The notes: generated by a model not told the origin, from the letters alone. Positions 38,064 to 48,167 are shown, counted from the stretch's first letter. The stretch is DNA of 64,000 bases from an uncultured Pseudomonadota bacterium (GCA_963836045.1 CAWIIC010000003.1:2854-66853), one strand, 5' to 3'. Translations and numbers: made by a program.

Positions 38064-38279
38064 CGGTCAACCACGGTGGCGGCGGGAAGTCGCCCGGGCA
38101 TGTGGATTGCACCTGCCCAGCTCGACCCCGTATGTTCGGGAATGCAATGGCTTAACAGCGGACTTCAACAAACAGAACTTACCATCCTGAAGGATGTTAT
38201 TCAGGCCCGAAAGGTTCTCTGGTCTTCGACCGTGCGTTCCCGTTCAGCGACAGCGCAGAGGCGAAGCGCTATCTGAGCA

Positions 38280-38640
38280 TATGACACGCCCTAGGACCGC
38301 ATGGATTGTTGGCTTGACGGGGATCCAGGCATAGCGAGACTCTGGCCTGAAGCCCAGACGCGACTGCTTGACGGTGGCGCGATGTCCTCCAGGGCCTCTC
38401 GATTTCTGGTTCTAACGAACGTTTGTAGTAGCGACAGATTCGCCAGCAAGGATGGCAGAACGGAATGGCGGCCCTGCTTCGGATCGTACAGGTCCGCGAA
38501 GTTTTCGTCCATGAGGAGCCGCCTGCTGCTTCGCCATCTCGCGAAAGATCCAATCTACCTTGACCAGATGTCCACAAACTCGGCGGCAGCCCAGGAGTTG
38601 GCGTTGGGGATCGGTCTTCCCGAACACATTCAGCTCGCGG
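38280..38640 (-). pseudogene. IS5/IS1182-type transposase N-terminal (DUF772-like) fragment, frame-broken
   Basis: Two frames read FGKTDPQRQLLGCRRVCGHLVKVDWIFREM and FADLYDPKQGRHSVLPSLLANLSLLQTFVRTRNREALEDI. Together they follow the InsH-N/DUF772 pattern (...lY...GRPs.pP..l....lLq...g.SdR.l.e). No catalytic domain follows. Confidence 0.45.
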
Positions 38641-38835
38641 GAGGCGGAGAGCCAAATCGATCATCGCACTGGTGGCAGTGTCGATCAGAAAGTCAGCAGC
38701 CTACCAATAACTGCAGCCGTGTCGGGCAGGGCCGTTGCACTGGAGCCAATTGAGAGTAAAGCGCTTGGCTGAAAGGCGCCCGATCCGCATTATTGGAAAA
38801 TCGTCTCAGCGTGTACGGCGAGCCTTCCGGCACTG

Positions 38836-39942
38836 TCAGCTGTCCTCAGGGAACTCGGTTACCGTACGTTCGTCGATCCACCGGATTGAGCCGGGAGGCT
38901 CGATTTCATTTATTGCTTGCTTGATCTCCTCTTCCTTCGATGGGTCTCGCTGATCCCAGTGAACCACAAAGACGATCACGACGCCGTCCGGATCGCGGAC
39001 AGGTGCTTCAATAGTTCCCCAGTTGTAGCTCTTTACGAAGCCTCCACGACTGGTTAGAGCGCGCCTGGCCGCTGCCTGGTATGCCGGCGCTCTGATTACT
39101 TCGGCGAGAGAGTCGACCTCGAGCCGGATAGACACCTTGGCCGTCGCCATGTCACTCTCATGCACCGCCGCCGGTACGTCGGGATGCCCCTCGCTGACCT
39201 CCAAACGCGCTCGTTGTCCCCCTCTACTGACGATGTTGTAAATGATTCCAGCGTGTTTCCGCGGACGGCAATCAACATTGGGACACACTTTTGCGAACTG
39301 TCGAGCGAATTTGGAGTCACCATACGCTCGGACTGGAACGATCGTGAAGGCCGAGCCGAACGCCGAGTAAAACTTGTGCGACACCATAGCATCCTTCACC
39401 TTAATAAAGATTCCCACCGGTGCCACAGCTAACTGAACTCCAGTTTGCACTCCGATGTGATGGCCGTTAGCCGGCTCGTGCTCGGAGTTCGGATTGTGGT
39501 GCTTCGGGTCCTGCACGGGTAAACTGCCTGGCACGGTAGCCGCGCGTGCAACGTGGGCGCTTCGCGCCTCGACACGCTTTCTTCGAACCCGTGGCCGGGG
39601 GTGAGCCGCCCCGTTCTCAGCCTTCAATGACGCGAACCATTCCGTGTCAAACGGGAGCGTCCGCCGGGAGGCCCGTTCGCGGACGGTTGCCCAGAGTGCT
39701 GATGCCTGGTCTTCTTCATGACCGGCCGCGAACGCACCATGGTCGAGGTACAGGGTGATTATCTGTTTGAGCCGCTCCATCGCGGGGTACGAGAGGCCCG
39801 ACTCCCAGGCGTGGATGGATTGGCAGCTGACGCCCAGAATGTCGGCCAGATCCTGCTGCGTCAGGCCGATCCGCTTGCGCAGAGCTAGCACTTGATCAGC
39901 AAAGGAATAATCTCGAACTTCGTCAGAACGGCTGGTCGACAT
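38836..39942 (-). CDS. XRE-family HTH regulator fused to a glyoxalase/VOC-like domain
   Basis: N-terminus ALRKRIGLTQQDLADILGVSCQSIHAWESG. C-terminus IFIKVKDAMVSHKFYSAFG...GTIEAPVRDPDGVVIVFV (VOC beta-alpha-beta-beta-beta pattern). Confidence 0.65.
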   Translation of the reverse strand: MSTSRSDEVRDYSFADQVLALRKRIGLTQQDLADILGVSCQSIHAWESGLSYPAMERLKQIITLYLDHGAFAAGHEEDQASALWATVRERASRRTLPFDTEWFASLKAENGAAHPRPRVRRKRVEARSAHVARAATVPGSLPVQDPKHHNPNSEHEPANGHHIGVQTGVQLAVAPVGIFIKVKDAMVSHKFYSAFGSAFTIVPVRAYGDSKFARQFAKVCPNVDCRPRKHAGIIYNIVSRGGQRARLEVSEGHPDVPAAVHESDMATAKVSIRLEVDSLAEVIRAPAYQAAARRALTSRGGFVKSYNWGTIEAPVRDPDGVVIVFVVHWDQRDPSKEEEIKQAINEIEPPGSIRWIDERTVTEFPEDS

Positions 39943-40197
39943 AATGCGGCTCCGGGTTCTGGCTCTTTGTTGATACTAAAGCGATCTCAACCGTAAATCA
40001 AAAGCGATCTCAAGCGGAAATCTCAAGCGATCCCTACTGACAAGATCATGACATTTCCGTAGAGTAGGAAGTCAGAGGGATGCCCCCAAATAGGGTGTTT
40101 TCTCTGAGGCCGCGATCGGGCTCGCAAGGCATCTCGACAAGATTCGGGCGGCCAACGAGCAGATCTCGAGCACACTCAATTCGTCGGAGGTTGTGAG

Positions 40198-41625
40198 ATG
40201 AAGATTCCTGCAGTGCGCCGGTTTTCTGTCGTAAGCGTCGGCCTGGTTCTACTTCTTGTGCTCGGCGGTTGGTCATTTGGTTCAGCGCCGAGGAACGTCT
40301 CCGCGCACGGAAGGGCTCAACGAGCCGCGTCGGTTGCCTTGTCTCTGCCGCGTCGCAGCGGCACCACAATCACGGTCGCCACGGTCAACAACCCAGACAT
40401 GGTGACGGTAGAGTCACTAACCAAGAACTTCACCAAGCAAACCGGTATAAAAGTCAACTATGACACCTACACTGAAGATGAGCTGCGCGCCAAAGTAACG
40501 GCCGACGTTGCGACCGGAGCCGGAAAGTTCGACGTCGCAACCATCGGCACATACGATGCCCCGATCTGGGGAAAGAACAAATGGGCTCTGCCCCTACAGC
40601 CTCTCCTAAACAAGCTCCCAGCCAGCACCCGGAAATCGTATGACCTCGCCGATGTATTTCCGTCGATTCGCGCGGCTCTGTCGTACAAGGGCAAGCTCTA
40701 CGCCGCGCCTTTCTATGGTGAGAGCAGTATGCTCTATTACCGTAAGGATCTTCTCGCATCCCACCACATCAAAATGCCGTTGCACCCGACCTGGGCAAAG
40801 GTCGCCAGCGTAGCAAAGAAATTGAACAGCGGTGGGGTTCATGGAATCTGCCTGCGGGGGCTGCCGGGCTGGGGTGAAGTTTTGGCGCCTCTCGACACCG
40901 TGATCAATACCTACGGAGGGCGCTGGTACAACAAGCGGTGGCAGGCGCAGCTGACCTCCCCGCCAGTCAAGTCCGCCGTCAACTTCTACGTCAATCTGGT
41001 CCGCAAATACGGAGAGCCGGGCGCGTCCAGTAGCGGCTTCACGGAGTGCGAGACTCTCATGGCAACCGGCAAGGTGGCGATGTGGGTCGACGCGACGGTG
41101 GCTGCAGGGTTCCTGGAGGACAAGACTCAATCCATGGAAGCGGGCAAGATTGGCTTCGCCTACTCTCCGGTAGACAAGACTCGAAGAGGCTCCCACTGGC
41201 TGTGGGCGTGGTCTTTGGCGGTCGAGGGAGCGAGCAAGAAGAAGGCGGCTGCTGCCGAGTTCATCGCCTGGGCGACCAGCAAGCAGTATATCAATCTCGT
41301 GGGCAAGACCAACGGCTGGGTGACTATTCCGCCCGGCACTCGTTCCTCTACCTACAAGAACAAGAACTACCTGAAGGCCGCTGCCTCCTTCGCCGGCATT
41401 GTCAAGTCATCTATCTTGTCAGCGAACCAGCATAAGGCCACACTTCTCCCCGTGCCGTATGTCGGAATCCAGTACGTCGATATTCCCGAGTTTGAGGGAA
41501 TGGGCACTCAGGTCAGCAACCTGATCTCTGCCGCGATCGCAGGTAACACGAGTGTCAGCTCGGCACTTAAACAGGCGAATAAACTCGCCAATCAGGCCGC
41601 AATCGCGGGACACTACAGAAAGTAG
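40198..41625 (+). CDS. ABC transporter sugar/polyol-binding protein (family 1 SBP)
   Basis: Signal peptide followed by SBP_bac_1-type sequence. The gene heads an operon with two MalFG-type permeases and a mannitol dehydrogenase. Confidence 0.85.
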   Translation: MKIPAVRRFSVVSVGLVLLLVLGGWSFGSAPRNVSAHGRAQRAASVALSLPRRSGTTITVATVNNPDMVTVESLTKNFTKQTGIKVNYDTYTEDELRAKVTADVATGAGKFDVATIGTYDAPIWGKNKWALPLQPLLNKLPASTRKSYDLADVFPSIRAALSYKGKLYAAPFYGESSMLYYRKDLLASHHIKMPLHPTWAKVASVAKKLNSGGVHGICLRGLPGWGEVLAPLDTVINTYGGRWYNKRWQAQLTSPPVKSAVNFYVNLVRKYGEPGASSSGFTECETLMATGKVAMWVDATVAAGFLEDKTQSMEAGKIGFAYSPVDKTRRGSHWLWAWSLAVEGASKKKAAAAEFIAWATSKQYINLVGKTNGWVTIPPGTRSSTYKNKNYLKAAASFAGIVKSSILSANQHKATLLPVPYVGIQYVDIPEFEGMGTQVSNLISAAIAGNTSVSSALKQANKLANQAAIAGHYRK

Positions 41626-41646
41626 CAAGACCGGCGCGATTATAGG

Positions 41647-41674
41647 GGCGGGGACTGTTCACGCGGTCCCCGCC
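41647..41674 (+). terminator. Intercistronic GC hairpin after the SBP gene (attenuator/stabiliser type)
   Basis: GGCGGGGAC-N10-GTCCCCGCC, a perfect 9-bp stem, followed by TTCATCC (weak T tract). Confidence 0.35.
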
Positions 41675-41697
41675 TTCATCCACTCCGGAGGTCCTTA

Positions 41698-42630
41698 ATG
41701 GCTGAGGTTACTCAGGCCGTCCGCGGCCGGCCCGCGGCCGAAAGAACAATAGTCCAGCGCAGCACGGCGCAAAGACGTGTATTTCTCTTCCCGGCACTGA
41801 TCCTCGTCGGTCTGGTGACCCAGATCGCATTCCTGGTCACCATCTACTTCAGCATGCTGAGCTGGAACTTCGTACGGCCAGACCTAGGTATCCATTTCGT
41901 CGGGCTATCCAACTACGTGAATGTGCTGACCTCCGGCGCCTTTCTTACCGCGTTTATCAATACCATGGAGCTGACCTTTGGAGTTCTGGTAGCCGGCATG
42001 GTCATCGGGCTGTTGCTGGCGCTGTTGCTCAACCGGCCATTTCCCCTTCGAACGCTCGTACGAACTCTACTCATCACGCCATTTTTCATCATGCCCGTGG
42101 CAACCGCGGAAATCTGGAAGAACATGTTGTTGAACCCCGTATACGGCTTGCTTGCGTGGCTCATACAACAACTCGGGGTGACCCCGCCCGACATCCTCGG
42201 TACCCACCCGCTTTTCGGCGTCGGCATCATGCTGACGTGGGAATGGTACCCATTCTTCATGCTCATCCTACTGGGCGGCCTCCAGAGCCTGCCACTGGAC
42301 CTGGTTGAGGCGGCTCGCATGGACGGGGCAGGCCCCCTGGCCGTGTTTTTTCACATTACGCTTCCTCATCTCCAGCGCTACATAGCCGTCTCGGCTCTCT
42401 TTGGGTTGATCTATCTCCTCGGTGTCTTCGGCGAGATCTTCGTGGGAACGCAAGGCGGCCCTGGCGATGCCTCGACGAACCTACCGTTTCTCATCTATCA
42501 GACTGCTTTCAGTAGTTGGGAGGTCGGTGCGGCTTCGGCGCTCGCCGTCGTCGCAGTGCTGATCACCATTGTCATTGCGACGGGGTTCAACCGCATCTTG
42601 CTTCGGATGACCGGCTACGTGGAGGCATAA
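41698..42630 (+). CDS. ABC sugar transporter permease (MalF-like)
   Basis: Six TM helices and the EAA-loop region (LVEAARMDGAGPLAVFFHITLP). Confidence 0.85.
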   Translation: MAEVTQAVRGRPAAERTIVQRSTAQRRVFLFPALILVGLVTQIAFLVTIYFSMLSWNFVRPDLGIHFVGLSNYVNVLTSGAFLTAFINTMELTFGVLVAGMVIGLLLALLLNRPFPLRTLVRTLLITPFFIMPVATAEIWKNMLLNPVYGLLAWLIQQLGVTPPDILGTHPLFGVGIMLTWEWYPFFMLILLGGLQSLPLDLVEAARMDGAGPLAVFFHITLPHLQRYIAVSALFGLIYLLGVFGEIFVGTQGGPGDASTNLPFLIYQTAFSSWEVGAASALAVVAVLITIVIATGFNRILLRMTGYVEA

Positions 42631-43457
42631 TGAGAACCTTAAAGTCTCGTCTTGGAACATCGCTGATTGCCGTGGTGGCGTACATCATCACGATCCTCAT
42701 CGTATTTCCAATCGCGTGGATGGTTATGACCGGCTTCAAAGACGAGGTGTCGGCATATCAAATGCCGCCAAGCCTGATCTTTACGCCGATCCTGGATAAC
42801 CTGAACACGGCCATGAGTAATGGGTTCATGACGTTCTTGTCTCATTCGATCGTCGCGGTCGGGGTTTCAACCCTAGTAGCACTTGCGTTGGGCACCGTGG
42901 CTGCCTTCGCTCTCGTGTGGCACCCTCGCAAGAGCAATGCAGGCATTCTGTTCTGGTTGATATCCACGAAATTCATGCCGGCTGTCGGAGTCCTTGTTCC
43001 GCTGTACATCATCTTCAAGGACATCCACCTGCTCGATACGCTTTTGGCGCTGATTATCATCTACACCGCTGTGAACCTTCCCTTGGTGGTATGGATCATG
43101 TACTCGTACTTCAGCGACGTCCCGAAGGAGCTCCTTGAAGCAGGAAGAGTAGATGGCGCTCATGATTGGCAGGTGTTGCTGCGAATCATCATGCCCATTT
43201 CGCTTCCCGGACTCGCTGTCGCCGCTCTGCTGTCCGCGATCTTCTCCTGGAACGAGTTCCTCTTTGCCGTCACGTTCACATATACCTCTGCACCCACCGT
43301 CCCCGTATTCGTGTCTTCGTATGTGACGTCCGAGGGACTTTTTTGGGCGCGCATGTCGATGGCGCTGTCGCTCGCAATCGTGGTACCTGTGCTACTGGGC
43401 TGGGCAGCCCAGCGTCAACTGATACGGGGGTTAACCCTCGGTGCCGTGAAAGGCTAG
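42630..43457 (+). CDS. ABC sugar transporter permease (MalG-like)
   Basis: ATG overlaps the upstream TAA (TAATG). MRTLKSRLGTSLIAVVAYIITILIVFPIAWMV. EAA loop LLEAGRVDGAHDWQVLLRIIMP. Confidence 0.85.
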   Translation: MRTLKSRLGTSLIAVVAYIITILIVFPIAWMVMTGFKDEVSAYQMPPSLIFTPILDNLNTAMSNGFMTFLSHSIVAVGVSTLVALALGTVAAFALVWHPRKSNAGILFWLISTKFMPAVGVLVPLYIIFKDIHLLDTLLALIIIYTAVNLPLVVWIMYSYFSDVPKELLEAGRVDGAHDWQVLLRIIMPISLPGLAVAALLSAIFSWNEFLFAVTFTYTSAPTVPVFVSSYVTSEGLFWARMSMALSLAIVVPVLLGWAAQRQLIRGLTLGAVKG

Positions 43458-43551
43458 GGCTGGAAGCGAAAAGTATTATGTCCGCGTTCAGATTCTCAGT
43501 GAATGCCGTGCCGGCCGCCGAATTACGTGGCATTCCCCAGGAGCGAATCGC

Positions 43552-45045
43552 ATGTTAAGGGGCGCCACGTCCTCGTTGAGTGATGAAATGCTTGGGGCAA
43601 TGGACGGACGGGTCCGGACACCCAGTTATGACCGGCGTCTTCTCCGCCCTTGTATCGTCCACATTGGTGTCGGCGCGTTCCACCGTGCTCATCAAGCCGT
43701 CTATCTGGACGATCTGGCGGCTGTCGGGGACGGATGGGGAGAGCGCGGCGTTGGACTGCTATCGCAGGATCGCGCTATGGGCGAGGCGCTGGTTCCGCAA
43801 CAGTGTCTGTACACGGTACTGACCCGCGGTGCCGAAGGGGACCGGGCCAGAGTCATCGGCTCTTTGCTGGCCTATCTCTTTGCCCCGAACCAGCCGGAAG
43901 CCGTGCTCGACGCCCTGGCTGACGCCTCGACTCGCGTGGTCACGATGACCATAACCGAGGGTGGGTACAACATCGTAGAGTCGACCGGCCGGTTTGATGC
44001 TGCCAACGAGAGCGTCCGGGCGGACCTCCGACACCCTGAAAGCCCTTCAACGGTATTCGGCTATCTGACAGAGGCCTTGGACCGGCGTCGCCGGGCCGGT
44101 ATTCGTCCCTTCACTCTGCTATCGTGCGACAACGTGCAGGGCAATGGCCACGTCGCGCAAACCGCGCTCGTCTCATTTGCCCGTCTACGCGACGAAGCTC
44201 TAGCGAGGTGGATCGAGGAAAACGTCGCCTTCCCGAACAGCATGGTCGATCGCATCACGCCCCAAACCACCGACGTGGAGCGAGAGTTGTTGGCACGCGA
44301 GTTCGGCATCGCCGACCGCTGGCCGGTGGTGACGGAGCCATTCCGCCAGTGGGTCGTCGAGGACACGTTCAGCAACGGCCGGCCGGCTTTTGAAGAGGTT
44401 GGTGTACAGATGGTGGCGGATGTCCTTCCCTACGAGAACATGAAGCTCCGTCTTCTGAACGCTAGTCATTCTTCGATGGGCTATCTGGGATCTATTGCCG
44501 GCTACACGACTGTCGATCAAATCATGGCTGATCCCCTGTTCTGCACCTTCGTTGAACGTCAGATGCGGGAGGAGGTCGCGCCGCTCTTGCCGCCCGTCCC
44601 CGGCATGGATCTGGATGCCTACCAGCGCACGCTGATCGAGCGCTTTTCCAATCCAAAAATTGGGGATCAGGTAGCACGCGTTTGCCTGGAAAGTTCGGCT
44701 AAAGTTCCAAAATTTCTCCTGCCTGCGTTGCACGATGCTCTGACCGCGAACGGACCTCATCGCTGGCTTACGCTAGGCCTGGCGGGCTGGCTCCGCTACC
44801 TGCTTGGCGTGGACGATCGGGGGGAGCAGATAGAACTGCAGGACGCCCGCGCTACGGAGCTGCAAGCGCTGGCGGCGGCCGGTCATGACGATCCGCGGCC
44901 CCTCCTGGCCGTGCGCGACCTGTTCGGAGACCTTGCGGATCGTGAGACGTTCGTGACCGAGCTCCAAGCCGTCCTGCACGATCTCTACTCCAACGGCGTG
45001 CGAGCCACGCTCGCGCGATGTCTGGCAGGCGCGCAAGCCGTTTGA
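43552..45045 (+). CDS. Long-chain mannitol dehydrogenase family oxidoreductase (mannitol 2-dehydrogenase-like)
   Basis: N-terminal VHIGVGAFHRAHQAVYLDDL (GxGxFxRAH motif), length ~490 aa, polyol-transporter context. Confidence 0.8.
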   Translation: MLRGATSSLSDEMLGAMDGRVRTPSYDRRLLRPCIVHIGVGAFHRAHQAVYLDDLAAVGDGWGERGVGLLSQDRAMGEALVPQQCLYTVLTRGAEGDRARVIGSLLAYLFAPNQPEAVLDALADASTRVVTMTITEGGYNIVESTGRFDAANESVRADLRHPESPSTVFGYLTEALDRRRRAGIRPFTLLSCDNVQGNGHVAQTALVSFARLRDEALARWIEENVAFPNSMVDRITPQTTDVERELLAREFGIADRWPVVTEPFRQWVVEDTFSNGRPAFEEVGVQMVADVLPYENMKLRLLNASHSSMGYLGSIAGYTTVDQIMADPLFCTFVERQMREEVAPLLPPVPGMDLDAYQRTLIERFSNPKIGDQVARVCLESSAKVPKFLLPALHDALTANGPHRWLTLGLAGWLRYLLGVDDRGEQIELQDARATELQALAAAGHDDPRPLLAVRDLFGDLADRETFVTELQAVLHDLYSNGVRATLARCLAGAQAV

Positions 45046-45222
45046 AAGATGTCCTGCCGTCGATGAATCTACGCGGAACTGGAGTAGCTATTGCTTACCA
45101 AGTTATGGGCTCGAGGTGGCGGGGTAGCCATGGTCTACGACCCGTCCCAGACAAACATTCGCTCCTCCAACGTCCACCTAGCCAATGTGACGGAGCGCTC
45201 TCGGTTTGGTCGCAGATGCTCT

Positions 45223-46269
45223 TTATGCTTGCGAGCCGCGAACTGTGCCCGTGACGTGGCCTGAGCTGTCTGCTTGAAGCCGGATATCGAGCGACACGAG
45301 AAGGCCCGTGGTAGTGTCGGAACACTGGCCGGTCCAGTCGCTTGAGGTCAATGCCGTTAGCTGTCCCGAGCAGTCGAAGCCGTTCTGGCCTCTCAGATCT
45401 ATCTGGGTTCCGTCCACAAGCATGCTTCCGTCGTCCGCCGTCTGACCCTGCAGCGTTATCTGAAGATCGGCGGCCACCTGTCCCGTTAGGTGTCCCTGCA
45501 GAACTTCCGACAAACCTTGTTCGCCAGCCGTTGACTGGCTGACGTGTCCGTCGAGCGACGATGTGAAGGGCAACGTAAGCGAGTTCGAGGAAACCGGCGT
45601 CGCGACAGAGCCTCCGGTGGCATTACCGTTGTTTGCGGCACGGCTCCAGCCGGGGCGGAGCGGGCCGACGGCGGTCCAAACCACGACGACGGCGAAGATA
45701 GCGGCCACAACACCGGCAGTCTTTGGATGTGGCTTCATGTGCTCGCCGGGGATCAGCAGCCGAACCGCCAGCAGCGACCCAATAACGCTGAAGCTGCCGA
45801 GATACATCAGGACCGCCCAGTTTGCCTTGGTATCGCTGCCACTGGCGATTCCATGAATCGTGGCCATTCCGTAGATCAGGAAGGTGAGGTAGTGCATACG
45901 GCGCCACCAGACATAGCCAATCCGCTTCTGGATCCGCTCACTGAGCCAGATGGCAATGAGAAGGTAGGCCGAGACTATGCCGAACGAGATCCAGAGGGGC
46001 CGGTAGTGGCCAGCCAGGGGAACGAATATCTCGACCGGCGTGAACCGCATGAAGGGGTCGAGCCAAATCGCGAGCGTGTGAATGCCTGTGAAGACGATAG
46101 CCAGCAGGGTCACGTGACGGTGGAGGTCCGTCGTTGCCCAACGGGGCCACGATTGAGTCCTCCAGCGCAGGCTCAGGACAAGCCCGAGACAGATCGAAAG
46201 AGCAAGCAGCCCGTAGGCGACAAAGCCGCCGGTGCGAGCGACATCCCAGGTGACGGTCGACCAGCTCAT
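45223..46269 (-). CDS. Ferric-reductase-like (MsrQ/YedZ-type) transmembrane domain protein with extracytoplasmic C-terminal domain
   Basis: MSWSTVTWDVARTGGFVAYGLLALS...HRHVTLLAIVFTGIHTLAIWLD...WRRMHYLTFLIYGMATIHGI carries paired His in the TM helices. The start ATG overlaps the apbE stop (ATGA). Confidence 0.7.
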   Translation of the reverse strand: MSWSTVTWDVARTGGFVAYGLLALSICLGLVLSLRWRTQSWPRWATTDLHRHVTLLAIVFTGIHTLAIWLDPFMRFTPVEIFVPLAGHYRPLWISFGIVSAYLLIAIWLSERIQKRIGYVWWRRMHYLTFLIYGMATIHGIASGSDTKANWAVLMYLGSFSVIGSLLAVRLLIPGEHMKPHPKTAGVVAAIFAVVVVWTAVGPLRPGWSRAANNGNATGGSVATPVSSNSLTLPFTSSLDGHVSQSTAGEQGLSEVLQGHLTGQVAADLQITLQGQTADDGSMLVDGTQIDLRGQNGFDCSGQLTALTSSDWTGQCSDTTTGLLVSLDIRLQADSSGHVTGTVRGSQA

Positions 46270-47210
46270 CACGCCGCCTGGTGACGGCTTCCGGCATCCG
46301 GCCAATCGCCGAAACGCAGCCGGCCATCGACGGTGACCATCAGGGCAGACCACCGGTGTTTCCGGAGGTACGCCGCGCCGTCGTACGGGCCGAGCGTCAG
46401 GGCGACTTTTGCCACAACCTCGGCCTCGGCGCAGGTCCCGGCGGCGACGCTCACCGATCGAACCTCATTCATCACGGGCATGCCGGTTCGCGGATCAAGG
46501 ATATGGTGCAAGCGGCGACCTCCCCGAACCCACGCTCGCCGGTTTATGCTCGACGTGGCCAGCGCGCCCTGAAAAAGGTCGACGTTTATCTCGCCATCGC
46601 CGGCCTCCACGGCGACCGTCCATCCCGGTTGATCAGGAAGCTTCCCGTGGACGCGCAGATCGCCGCCGGCGTTTACGGCGGCACAGGCAACTCCTTCGCC
46701 GGCCAGCCACTCGAGAGCCGCGTCCACTGCCATACCTTTGGCGATACCGCCGAAGTCCAAACCCACACCGGTAGGCAGAGAAACCATGGACGCGCGCCTA
46801 TCTACCCGAATGAATCTCCATCCGCCGCCCGGTTTCGCAGCTAAACAGTCGTCCTCGCCGGTCTCCTTTATTTCAGAGAACGTACGATCGTACCCGACGT
46901 CGAGCATTTGAGTCAGGAGGGTGGGGTCAAAGATCCCGTCCGTCGCTTCCGCGGCACGGAGGGACTCAAACAGGACCCGGAGAAACAGGGGACTGACACG
47001 CGCCGGCAGACCGGCCCGGTTGTTGACGTAGGACAGCTCACTATCATGGCGAAATCGACTCAGGGCATGGTCCCAATGGTCGAACATCCGGCGAACCAGG
47101 GTGAGGTTCTTGAGCGGGGTGAGGCGGGGTACGAGCACAGTGACCGTCGTGCCCATTGACGCAAATGTGTCCCGATGCAGTTCGGGGGGAGTGACGAATT
47201 TACGATCCAC
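46269..47210 (-). CDS. apbE: FAD:protein FMN transferase (ApbE family)
   Basis: MGTTVTV...AELSYVN...GVGLDFGGIAKGMAVDAALEWL...GGDLRV...HHILDPRTG, all typical ApbE blocks. Confidence 0.85.
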   Translation of the reverse strand: MDRKFVTPPELHRDTFASMGTTVTVLVPRLTPLKNLTLVRRMFDHWDHALSRFRHDSELSYVNNRAGLPARVSPLFLRVLFESLRAAEATDGIFDPTLLTQMLDVGYDRTFSEIKETGEDDCLAAKPGGGWRFIRVDRRASMVSLPTGVGLDFGGIAKGMAVDAALEWLAGEGVACAAVNAGGDLRVHGKLPDQPGWTVAVEAGDGEINVDLFQGALATSSINRRAWVRGGRRLHHILDPRTGMPVMNEVRSVSVAAGTCAEAEVVAKVALTLGPYDGAAYLRKHRWSALMVTVDGRLRFGDWPDAGSRHQAA

Positions 47211-47523
47211 CGCTGCCCATCACCGGAGGGGAGCTTCCGCCGTTTCCAACTGGAGGAGAGCTTGACCCGCCTCCGTTGTTGTAGGACCCGCCACCGTATC
47301 CGTATCCCCCTCCCGGCTGCGCGTTGCCTGATGAGGTCGAGGTCTGTGAAGGCGCGGAGTGGGCAGTGACGCCGACCGTATGTCCCGCGACCAGTGCCAT
47401 GACTGCTCCGAAGGCAGCGATTGAGCCGACGACGACTGCTTTCTTTATTGTCCGAACCCGAGCTTTGATTCTGTCCCTCGAATCGGGGGTTTTCGGCGTC
47501 CGTCGAGACGGGTCGACGTTCAT
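47200..47523 (-). CDS. Small membrane-anchored Gly-rich protein
   Basis: MNVDPSRRTPKTP..., one TM helix (AVVVGSIAAFGAVMALVAG), then a GGGYGYGGGSYNNGGGSS tail. Overlaps the apbE start. Function unknown. Confidence 0.45.
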   Translation of the reverse strand: MNVDPSRRTPKTPDSRDRIKARVRTIKKAVVVGSIAAFGAVMALVAGHTVGVTAHSAPSQTSTSSGNAQPGGGYGYGGGSYNNGGGSSSPPVGNGGSSPPVMGSGGS

Positions 47524-47868
47524 GACTGCTTCTCCAATGCATGCGGTCCCACCGGGGATACCTCTATCGTCCGAGACCACCATGTGAATCTCTTTTGACG
47601 TGGATGGGGAACTTCTCATTGAACCTCGCTCACAGTTAAACATCACTCCGAGCAGCGGCCGAAACTGAGTTCATGCGCATCCTGCGGTATTCGCTAATCA
47701 CGATACCGACAGCTTTATTTCGTAGGTAGCCTTCGACATAAACCCAGACCAAGAATCCTGAATCTCTGGGTGAAAACGCTGACCACCTCTTTTTGACAAA
47801 TCAGTCGCAGCCCGCTATTTTAGGCACTAAAGAATCCCCGCGCTTTTCAGCCTTACCCAAAGTTGGTG

Positions 47869-47999
47869 GGAACGCTTTTCGAGCGCATGCGCGGCTCGCT
47901 CGCGAGAAGTGAAAAGTCACGTCGATACAGCGTAAATCGAGCGGAACGCTTTTCGAGCGCCTGCGCGGCTCGCTCGCGAGGAGTCAAAAGTTACGACGA
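47869..47999 (+). repeat. Two 57-bp direct repeats (period 74 bp) in a divergent intergenic region
   Basis: GGAACGCTTTTCGAGCGC(A/C)TGCGCGGCTCGCTCGCGAG(A/G)AGT(G/C)AAAAGT(C/T)ACG(T/A)CGA at 47869-47925 and 47943-47999. Each copy contains CGAGCG...CGCTCG inverted arms. Confidence 0.7.
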
Positions 48000-48167
48000 C
48001 CCAGCGTTGACACTCCAGGGCTCAACTCTCGAGACGCTGACACCCAAACCTCTAGAGAGTCACTGTCGGAATGTGAGTGGATGCCCTGTGAGGGAGCAGA
48101 GCGTCGACAATTGTGAACAATGGGGTGGCCATTTAGTGCTGGATGAAAGTTCTAGATCGAAGGGCTT

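Noticed and set aside
40606-44760. 196-aa (40606-41196) and 186-aa (44200-44760) minus-strand ORFs
   Set aside because: They lie antisense to the solute-binding protein and mannitol dehydrogenase genes. They are shadow frames.
45544-46284. 246-aa + strand ORF
   Set aside because: It lies antisense to the ferric-reductase-domain gene, which has clear TM/His motifs, and it has an Arg/Gly/Pro-rich shadow-frame composition.
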